From an uncultured Gemmatimonadales bacterium (GTDB lineage: Bacteria; Gemmatimonadota; Gemmatimonadetes; Palauibacterales; Palauibacteraceae): 64,000 nt of DNA. The position numbers and the translations under genes were made by a program. Below, in pieces: positions 33,629 through 43,329 of this stretch (its first letter is position 1; every line of letters starts with the position of its first letter). The stretch is taken from positions 192,001 through 256,000 of the forward strand of contig CAWANJ010000003.1 of assembly GCA_963783385.1 (NCBI GenBank), written 5' to 3'. A model generated the notes under the pieces. It worked only from the letters and a program-made list of their open reading frames with translations. It searched no databases and had not been told where the DNA came from.

Positions 33629-35464
33629 GTGACCTTGATCCGCAACATCGCGATCATCGCGCACGTCGACCACGGGAAGACCACGCTCGTGGACCGGATG
33701 CTCCAGTCCACCGGGACCTTCCGGGTGGGCCAGGAGGTGCGCGAGCGCGTCATGGATTCGGATCCCCAGGAGCGCGAGCGCGGGATCACCATCTTCTCCA
33801 AGAACGCGGCCGTCCGGTGGCGCGACCCCGACGGTCGCGAGTTCAAGCTCAACCTGGTGGACACGCCGGGCCACGCCGACTTCGGGGGCGAGGTCGAGCG
33901 CATCCTCCGCATGGTGGACGGCGTGCTCCTGCTGGTGGACGCGTTCGAGGGGCCCATGCCCCAGACGCGGTTCGTGACGCGCAAGGCGCTGGAGCTGGGG
34001 CTGCAGCCCGTGGTGGTGATCAACAAGGTCGATCGCGCCGACGCCGAGCCGCTGCGGGTGCACGACGAGGTGCTCGAGCTGCTCATGGAGCTCGAGGCGG
34101 GCGCCGCGCAGCTGGACGCGCCCTTCCTGTACGCCTCCGCGCGCGAGGGGTGGGCGGGAGAGGAGCCCGATGTCCGGGACCGGGGCCTCGAGCCGCTGTT
34201 CCGGACCATCGTGCGGACCGTGCCGCCCCCTCCGGGCGACCCCGAGCAGCCGTTCCGGATGCTGGTTTCGACGCTCGACTACTCGCCCTACCTGGGCCGG
34301 CTGGCCATCGGCCGCATCGAGGGCGGACACATCGCGGTCGGGGACCGGGTGGCCGTGTGGCCGCTGGACGAGGAGGAGCCCACGGCCACCGACCGCGTGC
34401 CCAAGCTGTACGTGTTCGAGGGACTGGAGCGCCGCGAGGCCGAATCGGTGGTGGCCGGGGAGATCGCGGCGGTGGCCGGTGTGGAGGGGGCGGAGATCGG
34501 GACTACCCTGTGCGACCCTGTGCGACCAGGACGTCTGGAGGGGATCGCGGTCGAACCGCCCACCATCGCGGTCGAGCTGCGGCCGAACGACTCGCCCTTC
34601 TCGGGGCGGTCCGGCCGCTACGTCACCTCCCGCCAGATCCGGGAGCGCCTGGAGCGCGAGACCCTCAGCAACGTGGCGCTCCGCCTGGAGCCCACGGGCG
34701 ATCCGGACCGCTTCCGGGTGGCGGGCCGCGGCGAGCTCCACCTGGCCGTCGTGATGGAGAGCATGCGGCGCCAGGGCTACGAGTTCACGGTCTCCCGCCC
34801 CGAGGTGATCACCCAGCAGGGGCCGGAAGGCCTGGAGGAGCCGTACGAAGAGGTCGTGATCGACGTGCCGGCCGTGGCCATGGGGGTCGTGATCCAGAAG
34901 CTCGGCGAACGACGCGGCGAGATGGTGCACATGTCCCGGGAGCTCGGCGGCACCGTGCGCCTGCGCTTCCTGGTCCCGTCGCGGGGGCTGACCGGCTACC
35001 GCTCCGAGTTCCTGACCGACACCCGCGGGGAGGGGATCCTTCATCGCCAGTTCGCGCGGTACGGGCCCTGGGCCGGGAGCATCGAGGCCCGGAGGACGGG
35101 AGCCCTGGTGTCCATGACCGAGGGGACCGCGACCGGCTACGCACTGTTCAACCTGCAGGACCGCGGGCGGCTGTTCGTGGGCCCCGGCGACGCCGTGTAC
35201 GACGGCATGATCGTCGGAGAGCACGCCCGGGAGAACGACCTCGAGGTCAACACGATCCGTGGCAAGAAGCTCACGAACATGCGGGCCGCCGGGTCCGACG
35301 AGAACATCCTGCTCGAGCCTCCCAGGGAGGTCACCCTGGAGTTCGGACTCGAGTTCATCCGCGAAGACGAGCTGGTCGAGGTCACGCCGGCGGCGATCCG
35401 CCTGCGGAAGCGCGCTCTGACGGCCCACGGGCGGAAGCGGGACCGCCGTCAGGCCGCGACTTGA
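33629..35464 (+). CDS. typA: translational GTPase TypA/BipA
   Basis: IRNIAIIAHVDHGKTTL, DTPGHADFGGEVER, GRGELHL, KKLTNMRA, DELVEVTP. Confidence 0.97.
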   Translation: MTLIRNIAIIAHVDHGKTTLVDRMLQSTGTFRVGQEVRERVMDSDPQERERGITIFSKNAAVRWRDPDGREFKLNLVDTPGHADFGGEVERILRMVDGVLLLVDAFEGPMPQTRFVTRKALELGLQPVVVINKVDRADAEPLRVHDEVLELLMELEAGAAQLDAPFLYASAREGWAGEEPDVRDRGLEPLFRTIVRTVPPPPGDPEQPFRMLVSTLDYSPYLGRLAIGRIEGGHIAVGDRVAVWPLDEEEPTATDRVPKLYVFEGLERREAESVVAGEIAAVAGVEGAEIGTTLCDPVRPGRLEGIAVEPPTIAVELRPNDSPFSGRSGRYVTSRQIRERLERETLSNVALRLEPTGDPDRFRVAGRGELHLAVVMESMRRQGYEFTVSRPEVITQQGPEGLEEPYEEVVIDVPAVAMGVVIQKLGERRGEMVHMSRELGGTVRLRFLVPSRGLTGYRSEFLTDTRGEGILHRQFARYGPWAGSIEARRTGALVSMTEGTATGYALFNLQDRGRLFVGPGDAVYDGMIVGEHARENDLEVNTIRGKKLTNMRAAGSDENILLEPPREVTLEFGLEFIREDELVEVTPAAIRLRKRALTAHGRKRDRRQAAT

Positions 35465-35488
35465 CAGGCACGACGCCCCCTGTACCTT
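35461..35488 (+). promoter_or_regulatory. sigma70-type promoter TTGACA-N16-TACCTT for the acidic ORF
   Basis: perfect -35 overlapping the typA stop; AGGAGG RBS follows. Confidence 0.55.
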
Positions 35489-35532
35489 GGCGCTTGTTCG
35501 CTCCCTGCCCCGAACCATCCAGGAGGAGTCCC

Positions 35533-35775
35533 ATGTCGCGCTCGATGCTGGCCGAGTCTCTCCTCGTCGAAGAGGACGTGCTCGCCCCCCGTTCCGAGTG
35601 GGAGGACGAAGACGAGGACGAGGACTTCGACGACGACTTCGATGACGAAGAGTTGGACGAGGATTGGGACGATGATTGGGATGACGACGAGGACGACGAC
35701 TGGGACGAGGACGAGGAAGAGGACGAGGGGTCCGATGAGGACGACTCGGATCGCGCGGCCCCGGAGGACTGGTAG
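35533..35775 (+). CDS. 80-aa hyper-acidic protein (48 of 80 residues Asp/Glu)
   Basis: AGGAGGAG RBS, own promoter and downstream hairpin. Confidence 0.65.
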   Translation: MSRSMLAESLLVEEDVLAPRSEWEDEDEDEDFDDDFDDEELDEDWDDDWDDDEDDDWDEDEEEDEGSDEDDSDRAAPEDW

Positions 35776-35812
35776 CGCCCGACGCTCCCGGGACCCTCTT
35801 TCGTCGGTAGTG

Positions 35813-35842
35813 CGAACGGCCCGCTAGCAGGCGGGCCGTTCG
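35813..35842. terminator. 12-bp perfect hairpin between convergent genes
   Basis: CGAACGGCCCGC-tagcag-GCGGGCCGTTCG; no long U tract. Confidence 0.6.
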
Positions 35843-35887
35843 TGCGTCGGGGTCCCGGGTGGCCGACCCCCGGCCGGCGCGCCTCTC

Positions 35888-36694
35888 CTAGAGCTGGGTG
35901 ACCTGCAGGCTGAGCGAAGACGCGATGTTGCCGGCCACCAGCGCTTGCAGAGAGTCGCTGCTCGCCACCGTCGCGGGATCGATGAGCTGGCCCGTGGCGG
36001 GGTCCTTGAACCAGCTCAGGACGTCGAACGTGACCCCGAGCCCGAGCTGCGAGCCGTCGCCGAGGACGGTCGGGTTCTGGAAGGTCAGCTTCTCCGTCTG
36101 CTCCACGGAGAGTCCGACCTTGAAGGCCGTTCCGTTGAACGTGCCGCTGACGACGACGCTGGCGCCGTTGAGCTCCGGCCGCTGGTTGAGCAGCGACTGG
36201 TCGTTGGCGTCGTTCGGGTCCAGGCGGTGCAGCCGGAACCAGAAGGACGAATAGGTCTGCTTCTCGGCGAAGCCGAGCGCCACCTGAGTGGGGCTGCCGG
36301 GGGTCTGGATCGGGAAGTCGCTGATCAGCGGGCCCAGGGAGAACTCGTCGCACTGGTCCGAGTCCGACGTCTCACCCGTCGGCGTGACCGTGCAGTCGCC
36401 GGTCGCCGAGGACCGCTGCAGCTCCATCTCCTTGAACACCGCCTCGACCGCGTTGACCGTCAGCGTCGTGTCGCCCTGCTTGGACGAGATGATCGGTCGG
36501 AGCCCGGTGGACGCGGTCGACATCCGGACCAGGTGACTCCCCGTGGAGGCCTGTCCGTTCTGCTGGGGCACGGCGATGGCGAAGGAGATGGCGGGGGGGC
36601 CGGTGTTGGTCGTGGTGACCTTCAGGCTGCTGCACGACGTCAGCCCCAGGGTCGCGGCTGCGCACAGGGTTCCGAACGCGAGTAGTCGTCTCAT
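35888..36694 (-). CDS. hypothetical beta-rich lipoprotein (DUF4382-like)
   Basis: lipobox LTSC; one Cys pair; FDVLSWFKD...LIDPAT. Confidence 0.7.
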   Translation of the reverse strand: MRRLLAFGTLCAAATLGLTSCSSLKVTTTNTGPPAISFAIAVPQQNGQASTGSHLVRMSTASTGLRPIISSKQGDTTLTVNAVEAVFKEMELQRSSATGDCTVTPTGETSDSDQCDEFSLGPLISDFPIQTPGSPTQVALGFAEKQTYSSFWFRLHRLDPNDANDQSLLNQRPELNGASVVVSGTFNGTAFKVGLSVEQTEKLTFQNPTVLGDGSQLGLGVTFDVLSWFKDPATGQLIDPATVASSDSLQALVAGNIASSLSLQVTQL

Positions 36695-36849
36695 GAGCCT
36701 CCGGCCGTCCTCGAGGTCCACCGGCCCGGGCGCGCGCGGAGACACACGGAAAAAGCCGCGCTCGCGCCAAGCACGATTCTGGGTTGCGTGCAACACCCGT
36801 GGGCCGCGAGAGGTTCCTCTGGAAGAGCCGCTGCCGGGGCGCGTCGAGC

Positions 36850-36877
36850 TTGACTTCACCGGGCCCGGTCTTAGGTT
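36850..36877 (+). promoter_or_regulatory. sigma70-type promoter TTGACT-N16-TAGGTT for tRNA-Ile
   Basis: about 35 nt upstream of the tRNA, followed by a GC-rich discriminator. Confidence 0.5.
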
Positions 36878-36911
36878 GCCTGCCCCCCGGCGGCTCCGGC
36901 CGCCACCACGA

Positions 36912-36986
<75 letters not shown>

Positions 36987-37054
36987 CTCACGAGACTCTG
37001 TCCGGCGCCCGGCTCTCCACCCTGCAGCACGAGTCCTCCCCGTCCCGCCCGGGC

Positions 37055-37456
37055 TCAGAAGGCGGCCAGGTACCAATCCATTTTGGTGGCGGTCCCCCGT
37101 TCCCTCCAGCCCAGGATCTGCGTGTACCGTACTCGATAGTACCGGAGCCGTCGGGTGCCTGGAGGCAGCGCCGGGTTCGGGCCCAGCTCCACGCGAACCA
37201 CGGCGTTGCTCAAGGGACCGCGGACCGCGAGCGACCGGATACGGATGGACGATGCACCCACGGCCGCGGCGCCCCGGTCTGCCAGCGAGCGGGTCGTGTC
37301 CGCGAGGATGGGTCGGATCATCTCGTCCTGGACCCACGTCTCCAGCGCGGCGCGCCCCTGGGTGTCGAGCCTGGTGCGCGCCGTCTCGATTCGGAAGACG
37401 CCCACCCCGACGAGCAGAGCCAGAGCGAGCGCCGCCTTCCAGCCGGTGAGCGTCAT
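37055..37456 (-). CDS. small membrane-anchored hypothetical protein
   Basis: N-terminal TM WKAALALALLVGVGVF; GGAGG upstream. Confidence 0.6.
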   Translation of the reverse strand: MTLTGWKAALALALLVGVGVFRIETARTRLDTQGRAALETWVQDEMIRPILADTTRSLADRGAAAVGASSIRIRSLAVRGPLSNAVVRVELGPNPALPPGTRRLRYYRVRYTQILGWRERGTATKMDWYLAAF

Positions 37457-37561
37457 CTTCGTACCGGGCACGTCGCCTCCCGAGTCGGTTGCGATGGGCG
37501 GATGTCCCACGAAACGCCCCACACCTGACCGCGCTGCGACGGTAGACCCGTGCTCACCGGC

Positions 37562-38617
37562 CTACCTCGCCTCCCTGACTAGGCCGTCCACGAGCCAGTC
37601 GGCCACGGCCTGGCGATTCCTCGCCCGGGTCAGCCGTTGCTGGTCCAGCGAGTTGCGGATGTTGCCCAGCTCGACGAGGACGGCTACCGGTCGGGTGTGC
37701 CGCAGCACGTACAGGTTCCGGACGTCGATGGTGCCGTCGTAGCCCCGCCCCGGTTGCACCCGGGCGTACTGGTGGCGGAACGCGGCCCGGAGGCTACGGG
37801 CCATGCGCCCCCCCCGCCGGCTGGCCACCAGGAAGTGGACGTCGATCTGCGGCTTCCTCCTGGAGCCCCGCGCGTCCACGTGGACGGACAGCACGCGCTG
37901 GGGGGTGGCCGCGCCGCCGTTGTCGGCGTACAGGCGATTGACGATGCGGACGCGGTCGCGCAGCCGCGCGAGCTGGCTCAGGGAAATCCGTCCGCCTCCC
38001 AGGTAGCGTTCGTCGTGGTCCAGGGGGAACCGGCTCCCGTCGCGGATTCCGTCGTCCGGGTCCTGGACGACCAGGTAGACCGTGGCCCCCTCCTCCAGGA
38101 GCCGCCGGGCCAATCGCAGCGAGACGTCGTAGGCGATCTCATCCTCGGGGAGCCGCCGGCCCGCGTACCGGCCGACGGTGCCGGGGTCCGGACCGCCGTG
38201 GCCGCTCACGATGTAGTAGATCCGGCCCGAGAGGCGGTCCGATTCACGCTGGACCTTCTCGTACTCGGGTCCGAAGATGGGGAAGGTGCCCATGCGCGAG
38301 CCGCTGGCGGAGATGGTGTAGGAGCGCCCCGCGAGGAGCTCGTCGCCGTGGATGAGGCGGCTGTGGTTGCGGCGCTTGAACGCCTCGATGGCGGCCGGCG
38401 TCGGCTGGACGCCCGCCCGCTGGAGCAGGTCCCAGATGCCGTCGCCTCGCGCGGCCTCGAGGGTCGTGATGCTGTCGACGGCGGCCGCGTCCTCGAGGGT
38501 GAGGGCGTGGGACGCCGGCTGCGCGCTCGCGGGCCGAGGGGCGGCCACGAACGCCAGGGTCGCCACGACGGTACAGCGCGCCCGCACCCGGGCGCGGGCT
38601 CTCAGGTGGCTCGCCAT
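37562..38617 (-). CDS. N-acetylmuramoyl-L-alanine amidase (Amidase_3) with LysM-like N-terminal segment
   Basis: SGHGGPDPG, EDEIAYDV, SVHVD, LYVLRH...VLVELGNI. Confidence 0.87.
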   Translation of the reverse strand: MASHLRARARVRARCTVVATLAFVAAPRPASAQPASHALTLEDAAAVDSITTLEAARGDGIWDLLQRAGVQPTPAAIEAFKRRNHSRLIHGDELLAGRSYTISASGSRMGTFPIFGPEYEKVQRESDRLSGRIYYIVSGHGGPDPGTVGRYAGRRLPEDEIAYDVSLRLARRLLEEGATVYLVVQDPDDGIRDGSRFPLDHDERYLGGGRISLSQLARLRDRVRIVNRLYADNGGAATPQRVLSVHVDARGSRRKPQIDVHFLVASRRGGRMARSLRAAFRHQYARVQPGRGYDGTIDVRNLYVLRHTRPVAVLVELGNIRNSLDQQRLTRARNRQAVADWLVDGLVREAR

Positions 38618-38747
38618 GCCTTCCGCTCCCGGAACGGAGGTGATGGCGAATGGGGGGGACGCACCAAGCCTAAATGGCGTCACGACGCCAGGTCAAGGTG
38701 AGGGTATCTTCCGTACGCGGTGGAGCAGGAAGATCAGGAGGTCGAGC

Positions 38748-39635
38748 GTGCCACGCATGAACTCACGCGAACGCAGGATCGCCCTTCGCGACGGGCTCAG
38801 CGTCCGCGTCGTCGAGCGCCTGACGGACGGGACGGCGCTCCCGGTCCTCCTCCTGCACGGCTTCACCGGCTCGGTGGGGGCGTGGGGGGAGGAGCTGCTG
38901 GAGGGGATTGCGGCGACGGGACGCCGGGTCGTGGCGGTCGACCTGCTCGGTCACGGCCGGAGCGACGTCCCCGCGGAGCCGTCGCGCTACGCCATGGAGA
39001 GGCAGCTCGACGACCTCGAGGAGGTCCTGGACGCGCTGGGGCTTGAGCGGGCGGTGTGGGCCGGCTATTCCATGGGGGCGCGGCTGGCCCTGGGAGGCGC
39101 CGTGCTTCGGCCCCGGCGCGTGGCGGCGCTGGTGTTGGAGAGCGGCTCGCCGGGGCTGGCCACCGGGCCCGAGAGGCGGGCGCGGCGGGCGGCCGACGAG
39201 GCGCTGGCCGCCCGGCTCGAGGAGGCGGAGCCGGAGGCGATGACCCGCTTCGTGGACGAGTGGATGGAGCAGCCCCTGTTCGAGACGCAGCGGCGGCTCC
39301 CCGCGGACGTGCGCAAGCGACAGCGGCGTCGGCGGCTGGCCGCCCATCCCCGGGGCCTGGCGGGGGCCCTGAGGGGGCTCGGCACCGGCGCCCAGCCGTC
39401 CCTGTGGGAGCGCCTGCCCGAGGTCGAGGTGCCGGCCCTCCTCCTCACGGGCCGGCTGGACGTGAATTTCGAGGCCGTCGCCGACCGCATGGCCGAGCGC
39501 ATGTCGGCCCCGGTTCGCGCTTCGGTGCCCGACGCCGGGCACGCCGTGCACCTGGAGCGGCCCCGATCGTGGCTGGCGCGGGTGAAGGCCTTCCTGGCGG
39601 AGGCGGAGGCGGAGGCCGACGCCGACGCCGAATGA
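38748..39635 (+). CDS. menH: MenH-like alpha/beta hydrolase (SHCHC synthase)
   Basis: LHGFTGS, GYSMGARLAL, LESGSPG, RRAADEALA, GTGAQPSLW. Confidence 0.82.
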   Translation: MPRMNSRERRIALRDGLSVRVVERLTDGTALPVLLLHGFTGSVGAWGEELLEGIAATGRRVVAVDLLGHGRSDVPAEPSRYAMERQLDDLEEVLDALGLERAVWAGYSMGARLALGGAVLRPRRVAALVLESGSPGLATGPERRARRAADEALAARLEEAEPEAMTRFVDEWMEQPLFETQRRLPADVRKRQRRRRLAAHPRGLAGALRGLGTGAQPSLWERLPEVEVPALLLTGRLDVNFEAVADRMAERMSAPVRASVPDAGHAVHLERPRSWLARVKAFLAEAEAEADADAE

Positions 39636-39714
39636 GGCCGACGCGGGCGCCCAGGTTGAGGTGCCACGGCCATGGCCGCCCCGACACCGAGACTCGAAGG
39701 AGACGAAGGACCTC

Positions 39715-40074
39715 ATGGACGTGAAGCTCACTGGGCAGGTCAAGCAGGTGCTGGAGGAGCAGTCGGGCGAGGGGCGGAACGGCCCGTGGCGCAAGCAGGA
39801 ATTCATCCTGGAGACGGAGGGCGACTACCCGAAGGAGGTCTGCATCGTCCAGTGGGGCGAGAAGATCGAGGAGCTGGGCGTGAAGGAGGGCGAACGGCTC
39901 ACGGTCCACGTGGACATCCAGAGCCGCGAGTACAACGGGCGGTGGTACACGGACGTCAAGGCGTGGAAGGTCGAGCGCGAGGCGAGTGCCGTCCCCTCCG
40001 GCCCGCCCCCGGTCGAGGAGCCGTTTCCGGCGCCGTCCGACCCCGGGGCTCTCGACGACGACCTTCCGTTCTGA
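39715..40074 (+). CDS. DUF3127 family OB-fold protein with SSB-like acidic tail
   Basis: WRKQEFILET...YPKEVC...SREYNGRWYTDVKAWK; ends DDDLPF. Confidence 0.88.
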   Translation: MDVKLTGQVKQVLEEQSGEGRNGPWRKQEFILETEGDYPKEVCIVQWGEKIEELGVKEGERLTVHVDIQSREYNGRWYTDVKAWKVEREASAVPSGPPPVEEPFPAPSDPGALDDDLPF

Positions 40075-40176
40075 GGTCGGCCCGGAAATCCGACTCCGGC
40101 GTCGTGGCTCGGCCCGTGGCGCCCGGAGGGTCCCGCGGGCGGCCACTCGACTTCCCTGCCAGCCCGGGATGATCCC

Positions 40177-41151
40177 ATGAGACGAACCTGGTTCGCGCTC
40201 GTCGCCCTCGTCCTCCTCCCGGCCTGTGGCTCGGGTGGGCGAGGCCCCGATTCGGCGCCCGACACGGCATCCGGGGCCGGCGCCCGCACGGACACCCTCC
40301 TCGCCGTGAACGGCACGCACCTGTGGGTGCACCGGGAGGGTTCGGGCGACCCGATCGTCGTGGTGCACGGCGGGCCCGTCCTCGATCACGGCTACCTGGT
40401 CGCGCCCCTGCGCCCGCTAGCGGCCGACCACCAGCTCGTGTTCTACGACCAGCGCCTCAGCGGACGCTCCGACGGGACGGTGGACAGCGCCTCCGTGACG
40501 CTCGAGAACTTCGTCGAGGACATCGAGGCGCTCCGTAAGGGGCTCGGGCTCGGCAAGATCGACCTCCTGGCCCACTCCTGGGGGGGGCTCCTGGCCATGG
40601 AGTACGCTCTCGCGCACCCTTCGAGCCTGCGCTCGCTGGTGCTGGTGAGTCCCATGCCGCCGTCCTCCGCGCTGTGGCAGGAGCAGCAGCGGTTGGCGGC
40701 CGCCGCCCTCGAGCCCGGGGACACGGCGGGAATGGGAGCGCTCCGCGCATCGTCGGCGTACCGGGCCGGAGATCCCGCGGCCATCGAGCGCATGCTCCAG
40801 CTCTCCTTTCGGAGCGAGCTGGCCCGCCCGGCCCTGGCGGACTCCCTGCGGTTCCACATCGAGCGGGACTACCGGGAGCGATCGCGGGAGTTCGGGCTGC
40901 TGGTGCCCGATCTATCGACGTACGATCTAACGGGCCGGCTGCCGGAGCTGCGCGTGCGGACACTCGTGGCGTTCGGCGCCGCGGAGACGGGAGCCCGGCG
41001 CGAGGCCGACACGCTCCGGTCGCTCCTCCCCCGCGCCGAGATCGAGGTGATCCCGGGGGCGGGCCACTTCTCCTTCCTGGAGCGCCCGGAGATGTTCCGG
41101 GGGATCGTGCGCCGCTTCCTGCGCGAGACGGCACCGTCGGACCCGCGCTGA
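40177..41151 (+). CDS. alpha/beta hydrolase lipoprotein (proline iminopeptidase-like)
   Basis: lipobox LPAC; HGGP, YDQRLSGRS, AHSWGG, AGHF. Confidence 0.85.
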   Translation: MRRTWFALVALVLLPACGSGGRGPDSAPDTASGAGARTDTLLAVNGTHLWVHREGSGDPIVVVHGGPVLDHGYLVAPLRPLAADHQLVFYDQRLSGRSDGTVDSASVTLENFVEDIEALRKGLGLGKIDLLAHSWGGLLAMEYALAHPSSLRSLVLVSPMPPSSALWQEQQRLAAAALEPGDTAGMGALRASSAYRAGDPAAIERMLQLSFRSELARPALADSLRFHIERDYRERSREFGLLVPDLSTYDLTGRLPELRVRTLVAFGAAETGARREADTLRSLLPRAEIEVIPGAGHFSFLERPEMFRGIVRRFLRETAPSDPR

Positions 41152-41155
41152 CGCG

Positions 41156-42559
41156 CTAGGACGTGGGAGCGGGCTCCCCGGCGCCGGTCTCCGCGAGCCG
41201 CTCCCACAGCCGGGCCCAGGCCTCCAGCCCCTCGTGCAGCCTGCGCACCCGGAAGAACTCGTTGGGGGCGTGGAAGTCCTCGTCCGCGGTGGAGAAGGAG
41301 AAGAACAGGGTGCGGAGCCCCATGTGCCGCTCGAACAGCTCCGAGATCGGCACGGTGCTCCCCACCCGCACGAGGAGGGGCTCGGCGCCGTAGACCTCGG
41401 AGAGCGCCCGCCGTGCCGCCCGCACCACGAAGTGGTCCGGCTCGATGCGGGCGGCGCCGGCGCGGCCCGCGCCGGGCGTGACCGTGAGGCGCACCCCGGC
41501 CGGCACGCGGGACTCCAGGTGGCGGGCCACCAGCTCCACGATCTCGCCGGGGTCCTGGTCGTGCACCAGCCGGCAGGTGAGCTTGGCGTGCGCCGCGGCC
41601 GGGATCACCGTCTTCCCGCCCGGCCCCTGGTAGCCGCCCCACATGCCGTTCACCTCGAGCGTGGGACGGATCCACTGGCGCTCGAGCGTGGAGTAGCCGG
41701 CCTCGCCGACGGCCGCCGGAGCACCCAGCTCGGCCAGGTAGGCCGCCTCGTCGAAGGGCATGGCACGGATCGCGTCGCGCTCGGCCGCCGGAAGGTCGCG
41801 CACGCGGTCGTAGAAGCCCGCGACGGCCACCCGGCCGTCCGGCCCGTGCAGGCTGGCGACCAGCTCGGCCATGGCGTGGAGCGGGTTGGCCACGCCCCCT
41901 CCGTGCCGCCCGGAGTGGAGGTCCTTGGCCGCCCCGGTGAGGGTGAACTCGAGCGCGGCCACGCCCCGGCTCCCCAGGACGAGCGACGGCTCGTCGGGGC
42001 GCCACATGGCGCCGTCGGCCGAGAGCACGGCGTCGGCCGCCAGGAGGCTCCGGTGCTCGCGGATGAACGCATCCAGGCTGGGGCTGCCGACCTCCTCCTC
42101 GCCCTCGAACATGAACTTCACGTTCACGGGGAGCGCGCCGTCCGTCTCGAAGAAGGAGCGCGCCACCTCGATGGGGATGAGCATCGGGCCCTTGTCGTCG
42201 GACACGCCCCGCGCGTACAGGCGGCCGTCCCGCAGGGTGGGCGTGAAGGGGGGGGTCTCCCAGCGCTCGACGGGATCCTCCGGCTGCACGTCGTAGTGCC
42301 CGTACACGAGCAGGGTGGGCTTACCGGGCGCGCCGAGCCACTCGCCGTACACCACCGGCTGGCCCTCCATCTCCACGAGCCGCGCCGACAGGGGCCCCGC
42401 CGCCGCCAGCCGGCCGGCCACCCAGCGGGCCGCCTCCCGCATCCGCGCGGCGCGGGCGGGATCGGCGCCCACGCTCGGGATCGCCGCGAACTCGATGAGC
42501 GCCTCCAGGATCTCGTCGTGGCGGGAGCTCAGGTGGGTGAGGACGTCCTCCAGCGCCAT
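41156..42559 (-). CDS. M20 family dipeptidase/deacylase
   Basis: YGHYDVQP, ARGVSDDKG, EGEEEVGS, DLHSG, HAPNEF. Confidence 0.93.
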   Translation of the reverse strand: MALEDVLTHLSSRHDEILEALIEFAAIPSVGADPARAARMREAARWVAGRLAAAGPLSARLVEMEGQPVVYGEWLGAPGKPTLLVYGHYDVQPEDPVERWETPPFTPTLRDGRLYARGVSDDKGPMLIPIEVARSFFETDGALPVNVKFMFEGEEEVGSPSLDAFIREHRSLLAADAVLSADGAMWRPDEPSLVLGSRGVAALEFTLTGAAKDLHSGRHGGGVANPLHAMAELVASLHGPDGRVAVAGFYDRVRDLPAAERDAIRAMPFDEAAYLAELGAPAAVGEAGYSTLERQWIRPTLEVNGMWGGYQGPGGKTVIPAAAHAKLTCRLVHDQDPGEIVELVARHLESRVPAGVRLTVTPGAGRAGAARIEPDHFVVRAARRALSEVYGAEPLLVRVGSTVPISELFERHMGLRTLFFSFSTADEDFHAPNEFFRVRRLHEGLEAWARLWERLAETGAGEPAPTS

Positions 42560-43329
42560 CACTTCCCTCCGTCGATCGACAGCACCTGTCCGGTGATCCA
42601 CCCGGCCTCGTCCGAGGCGAAGAACAGGACGCCGTGGGCGATGTCCTCGGGGCGTGCCCAGGCGCCGGAGCGCGATGCGCTCGACGAGGGCGCGCTGCCC
42701 CTCCTCGCCGTAGGACTCCCACTGGCGCTCGGTGGTCGGGTTGGAGCGAACGAAGCCGGGCGCGATGGCGTTCACGGTGATGTCCCAGGGGCCCAGCTCG
42801 TGGGCGAGCTGGCGGGTGAGGCCGATCTGGGCCGCCTTGGCGGCCGCGTAGGCCTGGATGCCGGTGAGGCTGACGCCCAGGCCGGCGCCGCTCGAGATGT
42901 TGATGATGCGCCCCCGGCGGGCGGCCTTCATGGCCGGCGCGACGGCCCGGGAAAACCAGAACGTCGCCATCCGTGTTGACCTGCGAAGATCGCCTTCCAC
43001 TCGGCGGGTGTGACCTCCTCGAGCGGCCGGCCCACCTGGCCGAGCACGCCGCCGGCGTCGTTGACCAGGATGTCGACCCCTCCGTCCGCGCCGAGCACCT
43101 CGCTGACGAACGCTTCCACGGCCTCCGGGTCGGAGACGTCCACGACGCGGCCCTCGCAGCGCCCGCCGGCCTCGGCGCACAGCCGGGCCGTCTCCGCCAG
43201 CTCCGCTCCCAGGATGTCGCAGGCCCACACGCTCGCCCCGTACCGGGCCAGCGCCCGCGCGATCGCCCGCCCGAAGCCGTGCGCGGCGCCGGTGATGACC
43301 GCCGTGCGGCCGGTGAAGTCGTGGGTCAT
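42559..43329 (-). CDS. SDR family oxidoreductase; apparent +1 indels near 42980, 42965 and 42650
   Basis: TGAAHGFG, YAAAK, VNAIAPG, WITGQVLSIDGG recovered by stitching frames. Confidence 0.85.

Noticed and set aside
41156-43228. 690-aa SDR-M20 fusion
   Set aside because: Created by the SDR indels; the corrected SDR stops at 42559, overlapping the M20 ATG.
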